Shown here in pieces: positions 21,029-34,591 of a DNA stretch of 64,000 nucleotides. The stretch covers positions 11,904,001 through 11,968,000 of the forward strand of contig CM106585.1 in NCBI GenBank assembly GCA_048013815.1. The letters run 5' to 3'. The notes under the pieces are model-generated. The model saw only the letters and a list, made by a program, of their open reading frames with translations, was not told where the DNA came from and did no database searches. The position numbers and the translations under genes were made by a program. Within the stretch, counting starts at the first letter, position 1. Every line of letters starts with the position of its first letter. Origin of the DNA: Setoptus koraiensis (lineage: Eukaryota; Animalia; Arthropoda).

Positions 21029-23915
21029 AAACTCGAAAAACCGGCGTGTCGGTCCGGCTGAACGCCGGTGTTTTTCGGGCGGTTCGCCCGACGGCATAAT
21101 TGTGTACATATAATCAGATGTGATGCACACATGTAATTATGGAGATGTGGCCGCCGAGGGGCGGCGCACGATCGTGCGGGCCAGCGAGAGCTTGCCGAGA
21201 AAGAGCTCGCGGAGAAAAAGTTTTGCCCGGCGCAAGATTGCCCGAGCGTCGGCCACCCGAAACTTTGCGAGTCTCGCCGACGATTGGTCAGCGTGCGCGA
21301 TCGCTGTCATGGCACGATGAGTGGACAAGAACAGTGATGAGCCCGGCTGGGCCGGCCAGCGACGGCCGGGCGGAACGGGCGCAAAAAAAGATCACGCACC
21401 GACTGACAGACAGCCGTGTCATTTCCGGAAACGGCGAGCCGCGGACGTCAGCTCTGTTGATCTGTTGAGGCAAATATTTGTTGAACAATGTTGAGCACAC
21501 AACAGGCAGCAGCGGTGCGGTGCTCGATGGTTTCGAGAGCCCGATGCGGCCGTCGGCCGGCGAGCGACGCCACCGACGAGCGCACGATCTGTGCCAATGC
21601 CAGCGAGCTGCCGGAACAGACTCGGCTCAGCGCGGCTCGATTTCGACTGGCCGGCTTCGAGCGAGCCGGCTTACTGGCTGGAATTAGAGTGCGCTGAAAG
21701 TGCCGATTTCGGCACCGGAATCTCGAGTCGGGCGAGCGCGGCTCGCCGGCGTGCGCTCGGATTGCCAGAAAGCGGCAGCCGAGCCGCGAATCTCGAACGG
21801 CCAACTGCGAGTTTCGGCCTGGCGCTTCGAACTTCGTATATCGAACGGCGAATTTCGGCCTGGCGCTTCTAACGGCCAACTGCGAATTTCGAACGGCGAA
21901 CGGCGAACTTCGAACGGCGAACTTCGGCCTGGCGCTCGGCGGCGCCGGCATCCCGAAATTGGATTAGCGCTGGCCGCTGTCGGCAGTTGCGCAATTGGGC
22001 GATGCGATCGGCCCGGCGCCACTCACCTGTTGATTCGGCAGTGTCGAGCGACGGCATCGTGTGGCCGGCGCTCGAAGTTCGAGTTGGCGACGGCGAGGGT
22101 AGGCGAGCGGACATGGCGAGCCGATTGCCATGATAAGGCGTCGGATGCGCGCTCGCCGTCGCATGATTAATACAACAACAATAACAATAATCATATAAAG
22201 TAGTATTTTATTATTATATTGGCCGATTGTTGTTAATTATAGCGCCGGCTGCAGTGGCAACTGTCGGCTATTAATATAATTATATTAATGGCCATTGATA
22301 GTGGCCAGACTGTTGCGTAAACTTTCGCCGGCTGGCCAACTCTCTCTCTCTCTCTCTCTCTCTCGCTCGTCAGTTGGGCAGCGAGTTGGAAATTGGCGAT
22401 TCTCGATTCGCGGCGATTAGCAACTGCGCGCTGGTCGTTAGGACGTTCGACGCCCGTTCGACGCCCGTTCGAAGCTCGACGCCGTTCGAAGCCCGACGCC
22501 CGTTCGAAGCCCGACACCCGAACTGACCGCTCGGCTCACAACAACAAAAACGCTCGCACTCTTTTGGGCAAACAACGCAAAGCCGGCCAAAAGAGAAGCG
22601 GCAATAATACGCCGCTTGTTTGTTTCTATCGAGTAATTGTTGCCGTTGTTGGCGCTGTTGTTGTTGGTGTTGGCGCTGTTGTTGGCGCCGTTGTTGTTGC
22701 TGCTGTTGTCGCTGGCACGCCAATAATCACCCGTTTGTCGGACAGCTACGCCAATGCGTTAATTTAAATGGCTCCTTCCTCCTCTGCCGGCGCAGCGCTC
22801 GTCTCCGTCGAGCTCATCTCGCCAACTGTCGGCGCTGCCGGCCCCATTTTCGGCCGGCTAAGTGGTTGTTTGCACTCGTTTGACACGGCCTGTCGGCTCG
22901 CTGCTGCAGCCACTGATTGTTTCTGGCGCCAACACTTTCGGCTCACAGCGCGCCAATATCCACTTATCCACGCCAGCAGTATATATATGGCGGGCACAAA
23001 CGAAGCTCTCCACTGAAACAAATCGCCGGCCGGCTCCATAACGGGACGTGTGTCCAATGGGTTGCCACTGGCCGGCGATGCGCCGTTACTAGCGGATTAC
23101 TTACGCTGTTTACTAAGATATCTGCTGGCCAGCGCAACCGTTGGGATATTTCGCGGCGATTGCAGTTTTTCGTCTTTTCCGTTTTTCGCCATACTCGCGA
23201 AACTCTCTCAATTTTCTCAATTTCGTCCGCCAGTCGGTCCGCCGCGCCGCGCCGCTCGAGCCCATACCGGATGCTTATGCAAATGCTGCCCGCAAATGCT
23301 AATAACCGATGCCCGATGCTCCGCGCTCGCAGTCACACGGAAATATGTATGCATATTGCAATATATGCGCATTCCAATATATTTATATTGGCCACCGATG
23401 CGGCCGCGCCAACAATTGCCAATAACGGTAGTATTTGCAGTCGTATCAGTTATGTAACGGGGCAAATAGTAGCCAGTGGCGGCGCCAATTGGCGAGCGAG
23501 GCCCACACACACACACACACGAACGAGAATGCCAGTCTAGGCCGATTGTTTTCTGGGTTTGGCGGCCTCTATCGACGTCGCAGCGGTCATGCCGACGGGC
23601 CGGCCTAAATGGCGCAATGATAAACAAATTATTAATCAAGCGAAGCTGCGTGGGCGTAGCTGCCCATCAGTAGATGTTGGCCGTTGCCGAATTGCGCAAC
23701 CAATGCGAACTGGATTATTTACAGTTGGCTTGTTTGTATTTCGATCGCTGCCAACGGATCGGTTGGCAGCAACCGATTGGCCCGTTTCGGGACCAGCCCT
23801 GCCGGCGCCAGACCTATCTCTGTATGCTAATTGGCTCGCAGACACATGTACACACCACTACTGGCGGTTGTCCGCTGGCGAATTGCGGCCACTGCAATTG
23901 GCGAAACGGCAGAGA

Positions 23916-24136
23916 TGCGAAAAACTGCAATCGCGAGAAATCAGAAAAATGCGAAAAATGCGAAAAACTGCGATTGCGAAAAATCGGAAAAATGCGAAAA
24001 ATCAAAAAAACTGAAAATGCGCAGAGTCCGAAAAACGGAAAATGTGAGGATTCAGAAAAACTGAAAACGCGAAAAGTCCGAACAACTGAAAATGCGAAAA
24101 GTACGAGAAATCGAAAATTCGAAAATTCGAAAATGC
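23916..24136. repeat. Degenerate ~9-bp A-tract array (GAAAAATGC / GAAAAATC)
   Basis: GAAAA starts at 23944, 23953, 23962, 23978, 23987, 23996 and further positions. Confidence 0.8.
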
Positions 24137-27100
24137 GCCAGTCCGAAGTGCAAGAGTGCGCCGGCCGCTCGCCGGCGGTGTCACCGAGCGTCGTGACGGC
24201 GCCGGCGCCCCCAAGAGCGAATTAACTGCGGCCAGGGCCAGCGGTCTAATTGTGCAGCCAGAAACAGATTAAGAGAAAATTATCATTACGATTGTGCCGG
24301 CGCAAACGAAAATCACAGCCAGCCCGAAGTGTTTTCTGTCGCACACTTTTGGCGCTTCGACCAGGCTTCGAAAGTTCAACAACATGACGCCAACAAAAGA
24401 AAACTAATTTTAGTTCATTTGAACGCCGTGTGTCCACATATCCGAATGTGCGAGTGTGCAATTTCCATATATAACCAAATATATCCAAAATATCTAATGG
24501 CAGCGTTGGCTTGAGTGCGCCACAGCCAACGAGATTAGCTCTGGAATAACTCTCACTTGTTGCGCCGGCTCGAGTTGCCGCTTTCGCCAATTTATTTGCT
24601 CTGCTCGATTTGTTATGTTACACATGTTGTATGTGTTATTGTTGTTGGCCGCCACTTACCCACTACTGCTTCACTTATTACCACATTAGTTGCTACACTT
24701 ATTGCGCAACAACAAGCATCTAATTATCGCACGGCGATTTCATTTCTTCGCTCGGCTCGGCTCTTCGTCTAGCTCGGCTCTTCGTCTAGCTCGGCTCTTC
24801 GCTCGGCTCTTTGCTCGGCCCTTTGCTCGGCTCTTCGGGCCGCCCGAACGGCAAGCGAGAGCAATTTTCCGGGAAAGAAACGCTTTTTTGAATTAGAAAA
24901 GCGCTTCTCGAATTGGACGAAGAGTCGCTCTCGAACGGCGGCCTCGTTGTTCGGTCGGCGGCCACTGGCGCAGCGAAGGATGCGGGCGCTTTGTTGTGTC
25001 GGCAGCGAGCCAATACCGTTATTTCGTTGCCTTTTCCGTTGGCCTGTCGACGCAATCGGCAACACAATAACGACTTGAGACGACTCTCTCGGCCGGCACA
25101 ACGCATCGCCAATCAACAGGTGTATGCAGGTGAGTGTTTGGTCACAATTTCTGCAGCGCGACTCACACAAATATTTGCAGTCACACTACGGGCACAATGC
25201 GCCAGCCGGCAGTGATTACATAAGCAATTATGTAATGATAATGGTGGCGGCACTTGCTCGCGCGCATACACTCGGCCAACAACAGGCACACCCATATCGC
25301 ACCGTTATTGTTGCCAGTTGTTGCCGGTTGTTGCCGGTTGGCATTTGACGCTCGCCTGATTACGTCACTGACAATCGGCATTATTATTTGCCTACGATCA
25401 TCATCGTTTTCGGTCCATTGTTGTGGGCTGCGCTCTACTCATCATCGCACTTATGTGTGTTCCGTTACAATGCTCGACCAATCAATCATGCATCGTTACG
25501 TAATTAGACGCTCACCATTTAGGACGCTTCGTCGTCGGCGGCGGCGGCGGCGGTAACTCGTTGCGCAATCGCATCCCGCAATCGCCCAATGAATGTACAA
25601 TTCATCGCCTGTTCCTGTTCCATCATTCATGCGGCAACAGGTGATGAATTGCGCACGGGACAACAGCAAACGGTTGTGATGCAACCGCGTCGGGCAAGCG
25701 CGAGAAGAAGCGCCATCGTTTGCCAGCTCTGACCGTCTGACCGCCTGACAGTGCAACGCCGTTCCAGCTAACGGTACCCGTAGTCGTCGTCGTCGTTAAC
25801 AATTGCGCGAACAGCAAACGGTTGTTGTTGTCGCTGTTGGCATGTTGTTGTTGCTGTTGTTGTCGTTGTTGTGGCTGACAGTTTGGCCGACGGGCGAAAG
25901 TCACTGGCCAACGGTGGCGGCCGTCGCTGGCCGCGGGTCAGCTGATCAGCTCGTGCAACAGCGGGCATGTGTCAAACAACTGTCAGCTGTTTCAAGGGCC
26001 AACTGTCAGCTGGCTCGGGGCCGCCTAGCGGCCCTCACCTGTCCAGTTGTGAGCTGACCGGTGGCGCACAATCGGGCGCCAACGACCAGGATTCAACTGT
26101 GTGACCTTAGCGGCCGTCTCACTATCACTGGCTGTCACTGGCAGCGGCCGCTGCCATGAAACAAGTGACAGTTGTTTGACACATGCCAGCTGACCGATGC
26201 CGGCATCATATGATGGCATCGTTGATGATATGTCACTGTGTCACATTTCGAAGTTCGAATGATTCATTTGTTAGTCACAATTTGTGAGTCACACAAATTG
26301 TGACATATCAATGCGATACGATGACGCCAAGCCGCAGCACGCCAACGCCGACAGGTGATGCCGTCGGGCCGTTGCCGTGGCCTAATTAGGGCGCCCGATG
26401 CATGCCAAGTGCACTGACAGCGAGCGTCTTGTAAGCAACAAGCAGGCATTACACTTAACATGATGATTGCTGCCATTTATGGCTAAATTAGCCAAGTTCG
26501 CGCGGCAAGCGAGCAAACAAGCGGCCGGCACAACGAGCCTGTCGTGAGGTGGTCATCAAACTCTGATCGGACAATTTATACCAACAACAAGCTTGCACTT
26601 GCGCTAATAACAGCGGTCCGCTCATAACGGTTTGCGCACTTATCGGCTGACCGTTGGCTCAATTCAATTCACTCCAATGTAATAATGAGGCGAGCGATAG
26701 TAATGGTCACCTCGGGCTGCCAGCAACGCGATGAGTAATTACTCTTTCTTTCTCTTGCCGCTGCTGCTGTTTCTGTTGCCGTTTCTGTTGCTGTTTCTGT
26801 TGCAGTTTCTGTTGGTTCGGCCGAGCGCAATCTGGCTAGACTCGCTAAATGCAGCGACTCGCCAAACGCAGCGACTCGCCAAACGCAGAGACTCGCTAAA
26901 TGCAGACACTGGCCAAATGTGCAACAACTCGCTAAACGCTGCTCGCCACTGACCGGCTCGCCACTAAAATCATCAATCAGCGCTGTGTCAGGCTCATCGC
27001 AAGCCAGAAGGTTGCAACTGGCAAGACATACGACAGAAACGGTTAACTGATGCCGAGGCCGATGCGGCCACTTTTTCGGCCATTCAGCCCAGTTAATGGG

Positions 27101-27940
27101 GCGAGCGAGCGAGAATAAAATTGTTATTGCCTTGCTTTATTTATTCTTCGCACACCTCGCCCGCTCTCGTTTCACCTTGACTAACTCGTCATTTGGCCAT
27201 TGGTCCATTGTCTGTCGACACTCGACCGTCTCCACTTGAGGGGTCGCGGCGCGACTCGACAATGCGACTCGAGAATGCGGCTCGAGAATGCGGCTCGAGA
27301 ATGCGAAAGCCGAAAACTTTCGAGACTCTCCACTGTCCGCTGGCTCTCGAAATAACTCCAAGACTTGGAGTGCGAGTGGTCAACTTTTGCTGAATGACGC
27401 CGACGAGATAGCTACGCTGGAGACGCTCCCAACAGCGACACCGACCAACAGCGACCAACAGACGGGCACTAAAACGGCGACAAGTGCACAAATTGCAGTG
27501 GCCGCCAACAGCCTGTTGTGGGCAACAGGTTCACCTGTCCGTGTGTGTGTGTGTCACTGACTCCCTCAGATGTCATCAGCCGATTGCGTCATGTCAAGCG
27601 AGCGAGTGCTGGGTGGGCGCGCTGTGACATTGGCGTTTTGGTGTGCATTTAATTGCGCCGCTGTGTCCAGTGTCCTAATCAGAGATGCGCCCTATTAGAG
27701 AGCATCTAAACTATCTTTAAACTATCTTTAAACTATCGACCTCGATAGCTCGAACGGCCTGCAGCTAATTGCGAATCGCCGACCGAGGGGCACCGCGAAC
27801 TGGCCGCGGTTCTGAAGTGTTGCAAACTGTTTTATCCGTTCGCAATTCGAGGCCGCCCGAATGAGACTTGTCGACAGCGGAGCGGCCCCCCTTTGCCCGC
27901 CCGTTTGTCAGCGACTCTCGGCGGCCGGTAAGCCACGGGT

Positions 27941-28010
27941 TGGCGCCGCCAATGGCCGCTGGTGGCCGCCAATTGCCGCCAATGGCCGCCGATGGCCGCT
28001 GGTGGCCGCT
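27941..28010. repeat. 10-bp tandem repeat, about 7 degenerate copies (AATGGCCGCC)
   Basis: aatggccgct ggtggccgcc aattgccgcc aatggccgcc gatggccgct ggtggccgct. Confidence 0.85.
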
Positions 28011-28526
28011 GATGAGCAATTTCGTCCAAGAAATTGACCACCAAAAAGTGGCCAATTTTTTTGGAAAAAAAAATCGGCCGAAAAATCGACAACGGCGACG
28101 CTTTTTACGGCTCGCGCAACGAGTGACCGGATTCGGCCGAATCCTTCGCCGTCGAGCTCGATCGCCAATGGGCCTGCGCTGGTCAGTCGGGCTGGACGGG
28201 CAAGCCAGTCGGCGGCTCGACGAGTGGCCGCTGGCCGACCCAAACTCGCAAACAAACAACTCTATCTTGTTCGCCATTCTCGACCATCTTGATGGCTAAA
28301 TATTTATTAGTATGGTCGCGTTGTTTTGTCTGTCCAGTGTGGTCAGACGCGGACACAACAAATTATTTTTTTATAGCATGCGCACACACACAGTGTACGC
28401 GAGCGACAAGCAAACGACAACAATTATTGTCGACAATGGACAACGCTAATTAGGCCGAGCGCCTATGTAAATGTCGCCCGACGACTGGCCGTGCATTTTT
28501 CATTCAATCATTTCATTTTTTTTTTA

Positions 28527-28690
28527 TTTTCACTTTTCACTTTGCACTTTTCGCTTTCCATTTTCCACTTTTCGCCTGGGCACTGGTCGTTTTCCACTTT
28601 TCGCTTTCCACTTTTCAGTTTTCACTTTGCACTTTTCGCTTGTCGCTGTCGTCCACTTCTGGCTTTTCACCTTTCGCACTTTGCACTTGT
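28527..28690. repeat. Degenerate pyrimidine-rich ~7-bp array (CACTTTT / CGCTTTC)
   Basis: Repeated cactttt, cactttg and cgctttc units over about 160 bp. Confidence 0.8.
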
Positions 28691-31600
28691 TGCTGGCGAA
28701 CAGTTTACGCTGCCACCATCGGCAAAAAAGTTGACATGGACACATTGTGGTCCGGCCACAGACATGATGCTTGTATCACTTTATTGGGACCACTTTGGCT
28801 CGGCCATCGGCGGCCCGAAAGCGATAAGCGAGCCCATCTGGACTAATTAACGTTCGCAACAACCAATTAACGTCCGTCAGTGTGCCGAGCCGAGCCAGTT
28901 TGTTTTTATGCAACGCAAGCGCGCCTGAGCGACATACAAACACCGGCCCGTCGGTCCGGCCGCAATAAATGTCAATCTTTTTCGGGCCGGCCCGCCGGCC
29001 CGAAAAGATGTCGCGCATGCATCAAGTTGTTGTGTGCTCAACCATCGGGCTCCTATCCGAGCTCGGACATTGAGCGCTGGCTCGATTGGCGGCACGCACT
29101 CGAGCATACAAATGATGCCCGAGCTCAAATAAGGACATGCGACGCTCGTTCGCAGTCGCCGATATTCATTCGCCAATATTCATTCGCCGATATCCGTTCG
29201 CCGAAACCGAGCGAGAGCCCTGAATGCGTCTTGGCCGGCCCGACCGGGCGACTCGCCTGCCCGGCTCAGTTTTTCGTCTCGCTGTTGCCGACCCCGCTGC
29301 GGATTCCGCGTCTCGTGGCGCCGCAAAACTGCCGCGCCGTGAGCACATTCGTCGAAGCGGCCCGCTGCGGCGGGCCTCTGGCGGGCGCGGCGGCGCCGTA
29401 CCGTCCTCGAGCGGCCCGGTCGGGTCAGGCGGGGGTCGGCATGCACCGCCGCCCCCGCGCCACTCGCTTCAATTAGCCGATTTGAATTTGATCATTTTCG
29501 CCGTCGTCCAACGGCGGACACACACAACTTCCTGTGGCCTGCGAATATGACCGGCAGCCTCCATTGTTTGTTGTTTGGTGGCTCACTGTGCCGTTCAACG
29601 CCCTCTCTGCAGTGTTTGCCGAGTGGCCGAAATTGGCCGAAGCGACTCGAAGCGAGCCGCGCCGACTCGAAGCGACTCGAAGCGGGCCGGAGCGAGCCGA
29701 ATCGAGCCGAGCGGCGGCTCGACGACGGAGCCCATTTTGACAACACGACACTGCCATTGTTTCTGCGGCCGCTGCTGCTGTCGGCCGGTGGTGCCGAGAC
29801 AAGGGATAATTTTCGCTTGTTGAAGCTGGCATGTTGCGCAACATCAGCTTGCCGGTTGTGCTTGCCTGATGGGCCACTCTCACTGCTTGCGTGATCATTG
29901 TGTGTGTAATAATGCAGATAATCGTGATTGACACACGTATTATGTTGCTGCTGTTGTTATTGAATTGGCCGAGGCAGCTAGGCAAATTGAGCGGCAGCGG
30001 CGGCGTCGGGCAGCGGGTCGCCGCGGCGCCAAAACAGCGCCGGTCAGAAGCACGATCGAGGAGCCCTAACAACACCAAAGCGAGCGGACAGATTGATTTT
30101 CGACGCTTCTCGGGCTTCTCGTCGCACTTGCGCAACGCCGCTGACCGTTGTGCGAGCCCAATTTGCGCACACCACACCACTGATCCACCGCTGGCCAATA
30201 AATTGATTGATGCTGATTGGGCCCATCAATCAAGCCTCGGCTTCGCTCGCTGCGCCGCCCGGGTCCGGTGCGGCGGTGGTCCTGCGCGGTTTGCGCCGCT
30301 TGTGCGGTTTTTGCTGATTATGAGGATCTCGCGGATCTCGAGGGCTGTGCGGATCTCGCGGGTAGCGCGGATTGCGGTCGGCGGTCGCTCGATCTGATCC
30401 AGAGTTGAATCAGCGCCGAATCAAAGCTGGAACAGCAAAATTCCTCGTTTCGTGCTCGGCCCGGCGGCCGACCGACCGGCAATCGCGCCACAGCAACCGT
30501 CGGCGCAACCCTTCATCGGGCGCCACTCTCTCCCGCTATGTGTGTGCGCCTGCCGACGATTAGCCCGATCCTAATTATAAATCGGTCGGCCCGACAGCTG
30601 GCCAGCGTGCGCACGGCAAGACAAGTTTGGGTGCTCGAGGCTCTAGGAGTGACCGTTGGGCGGCCGTATGGTGAGCGATGGTTATCGCCGATCGATTAAT
30701 GATCCCATTGATGATGCGCTGCCCGTCGATGCTCGCCATCTATCAGCCGATGCGCATCGGCGATAGGTTTGCCCGTTGTTGTTGTTGTTGTTGTTGAGTT
30801 GAGTCACGGCTTCGAAATTCGAGCGCTTGCTCGCTGCAAGCCGCTTCCACCGAGCCGGCCGGCCCGCTCGAAATGGCCAGTTCGCGACGCTCACTTTGCA
30901 ACGGCCGCCAGGTAATCGCTGGCCGAATAATGGTAGCCCGAGAACAAGTTTTTTAATCAATCTCCAGTGCGTCAATTCGCCGCTAATTCACACACACACA
31001 CACACACACACATCACAATTGCTTGCTCGCTCGCTCGCTTGACCACTTGCCCGATTCGGAGCTCCGCTGCTCCACTAATCGAGCTCAAATGACGCAACTA
31101 TCGACCTGATGATCGTCATTTGCGCCATCTTGAAAGTGTGGCCGGCCGAGTCTGGCCGGCGCATCATTCGTTAGTGGTGAGTGTGTGTGTCCCGTGTGAA
31201 TTTGAATAACCCGCAGTTGCGCGCCGTCGACCTGTTGCGGGCCGCCGGCCCGCTCCGATTGCCGGCCCGTTTGGCCCGCTCTTCGCGCTGGCCAGCTCAG
31301 CCCTTCGGCCCGTTCGCATCGTTGGCCCGTTCGCATTGTTGGCCCAATCTCATTGTTGGTCCGATCGGTCTGCTGGCCCGCTCGGCTTGATCGCACGGGC
31401 AGCAGCATAGCACACGGGCTCGCTCCACGGTTATGCGGGCCGGCGGGGGAGCGGCGCTCTTGAAATGTGCGCTGCCGCCGAAACGGACAGGCCTCGCCAA
31501 TATTGTACGGTGCACCGCATACGCGAATATGGTGCCAATTCGAAGGGCTGTGCCGATGGCCAGAAATAATTTGATAAGACGATTCGAGAGCGATTTGATG

Positions 31601-32876
31601 CAACGTTCGCTGGCCGCCGGACCGAGGGAGAGAAAGGTCATAAAAGAGCTCGAGATAAGCGAGCGGCCAGACCAGATAAAGACGCCGCAAATAGACAATG
31701 TCCAGCTTATGCCAATCTGTTGTGCCATATTGTTGTTGCTGCCGCTGTCAGAGGGATTTGTTTCTTTCGCTAATCATATCGCACACACACACACACACAC
31801 ACACACGCAGATTCGACTAATGACCACTGAAAGATAAACATCAAACTAGTTAAAGAGCAGCCAACACTCTCCACTAACAACCGAATCGGCGGGCTGCTGG
31901 CGCGCGAGCTCGCCGACCGATTCGCTCGCGAGTCGCGACCGAGCGGCCGGCCGATCCGCTTGCGACCGAGCCGCCGACCGATTCAGTCGCTGCCGAGCGA
32001 GCGATTCGGGCAGGCCAGACAGTGAGCTGTCTCAAGTGTCTAGCCGGCCGACGCCAGCCAGATATTTATCCAGCTTGTGTGTCGTATTGCAGAGAGCCCG
32101 TGAACTATGAGCTAAGAATAGCCGCGGACTTTATTGTGTCGTAACATGCTTGCAGCTTATTGCCTAGTCGCAATATTGCGCAATGTTTATTTATTGAAAG
32201 AGATTGCTAACAAGTTGCCAGCGGCCGCCAGTGCGCATTGCGTAACCTTGGCAACCGAGCCAGCGACCATTGTGTTATGTAATCCATTATATGCATTCTA
32301 TCGCTCGATGGCCGCTCTCATAAAATCTCGCCCGGCCTCTGCGATGCCTGGCGAGTCGGCATTGCCGAGGATGTGCCAGGCAGCACAACATTGCATTTAT
32401 CACGTAGCTGTCGTTGCTGTAGCTGTTGTTGTTGTTGTTGCTGTTGTTGCTGTTGTTGTTGTTGCTGTTGTTGTTGTTGCTGCCGTTAATGTTTTGGCTG
32501 GCAGCTAAAGGTGATGAATGGTCGCACAATGGTGGCATAACTCTCTCGCCGATTGGATCGCTCTCTCGCCACTGATTAGTTGTTGCGACCCGCTGTGATG
32601 CGCCGTCCGTTCGCCGTGTCCAGCGAGCGGGTCTCAGATTACGCAATTCGAAGCCTTTGATTGTGTTCCACTTTTGGCCGCTCTCTCTCTCTCTCTCTCT
32701 CTCTCTGGCTGTGTCCGTCTGAGCCAATAGAGAGTCGCCAGAGAGTGGCGACGCAGCAACAAGTGGCCCGCGGTAAGTGTTCGTGGCGCTCACTCACTAT
32801 TTGTGTTTGCGCAACGAATACCCAATGTGATTGATGCAACCTCATCAACGCGATGCTCCAGTTACCTGGCGCTCGC

Positions 32877-32916
32877 CATTGCACCACATTGCACCACATT
32901 GCACCACATTGCACCA
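32877..32916. repeat. Perfect 10-bp tandem repeat (CATTGCACCA)x4
   Basis: Four exact copies followed by degenerate units. Confidence 0.92.
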
Positions 32917-34535
32917 TCCGCACCATTGTGCCACAGTGCTGCACCATTTCGGCCGGTGCCGCCGCCGGCATTGTCCACCTGAGCACCGGTTGCATCACCG
33001 CTCGACCCTTTTGTTGTTGCTGGCGCTGTTGTGGCAGCGGCGGCCGCGGCCGCTCGCTTGTTTGTTTGGAGCGGCCGGTCACGGTCGGACGGCATAACGG
33101 GAGGCCGGCCGACAAAAGGCGCCTTGTGCGGCGTCACATAGCTGGCCGGCCGGCCGACCGGTCAACAGTGCGTTCAGATCGGACGAGTGGCACGCATCGA
33201 GCGAGCGGTCAGGCCCGAATTGCCCGATTGCGGCCGGTCGACAAGCAACAACAGTGACGACAACAATAGCGACAACAGCGACAACGACAACTACGATAGC
33301 ACCGACAACAACGACAACAGCAACAAGCCGCAATCGGTAGAGCACAAACAACAAACAACGCACAACATAATGACAAAACCTTTGATTTGGCCAATGATGT
33401 TGGCCGCGAATAGTTGCAAAGTGCGGCCACGGCGTGACAAAAGCGACAATGCCCAGCGACAGGTAATGTGCGGTTGCGACCATTAAGGTCGCTCCAATCA
33501 GAGCGGGCTGCTTCGAATTCACGGCACCGGTCGCACCTGACTTTGGCCGGAGCGGGCCACCAAGCGGACACAGCGGGTCAACTGTCAGAGTGGTCAGCTG
33601 ACCGAATGCGTCAAACGGGCAAAATGTGTCAGTTGTCGGTGTTTGACGGACAGCGCACATTTTGTCCCAGCGATTGGCTGCCAGTGGCAAGACGGTCGGC
33701 CGCTGCCGTGAGATATTTGCTCTCGCTCGGGTCACTCCAGTGCGAAATCGCTTGTCATTGGCCGTTGCAGGAGAGGGCGCCCCGTTTGTTTTTCGGCCGG
33801 CCGGCGCTGATGTGAAGCGAGATAAAAAAGTGAATTTTAACATTGCAAACAACGCAAGTTTGTTTGCCGTGCATTGTCGCGTCTGCGACTGCCGTCAGCT
33901 CGCACTGGCAACGGAACAACAAGACAGGCCGACGACAGTGACAACAACGGGCCGGTAACGGGAAAGTGGCGCCAGGAACTGCGCCTGACATCTTTTCATT
34001 AGATTTGAAGATCAGATTGCGCGCCCGTCAGCGGACCCGCTCGCCTGTCCGTTCGGCCGGCTGACCGGCCGGGTTTTGCGCTCGGCGAGCCGCCGCCGCC
34101 GCCGGCCAGACAGACGCGGCCAGGCTGGCGGATCGGAAGCGAGTGACAGCGAGCGGAAAACTGTCCGCCGACTGGCTGCCATAAGTGACTCGCCGATAAG
34201 ATGAGTCGGCGGTGTGTTTGTGGCCGGTTAGCGCGGGCCGGTTAGCGGGCGAGCAGCGTTTAGATAGCGCATTGTTGAGTCGGCCGGCCGGCCGGCCAGT
34301 GGCAAACAAACGAGCGAGCGGCCGACAAACAATGTCAGCCGCCATTGTTTGTCGACCGTTTGCCGAGACGGGCGAGAAAAAGCGACAAGCCCGAAAAAAG
34401 CGCTACCTGTTGGCGTGGGTCTGTTGCGCGCTCGTCGTTGTCATCCGCGGTCTCATCTCCCTCTATTCGCGGTGGCTGCTTTTTTCCTTGTCAGTTGTTG
34501 ATAACTTATCAATGATAAGTCGAAAGGTTTCAGTG

Positions 34536-34591
34536 GAAGAGTCTCGGTCGAAAAGTTTCGGTCGAAGAGTCTCGGTCGAAGAGTCTCGGTC
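34536..34591. repeat. 14-bp tandem repeat (GAAGAGTCTCGGTC)x4
   Basis: Copies start at 34536, 34550 (2 mismatches), 34564 and 34578. Confidence 0.9.

Noticed and set aside
24105-24135. GAAAATTCGAAAATTCG as a heat-shock element
   Set aside because: It lacks the correctly spaced third nGAAn unit and is part of the 9-bp A-tract array.
20965-34591. Tandem arrays considered as possible CRISPR arrays
   Set aside because: Units are head-to-tail without unique spacers, no cas genes are present, and the context is eukaryotic.
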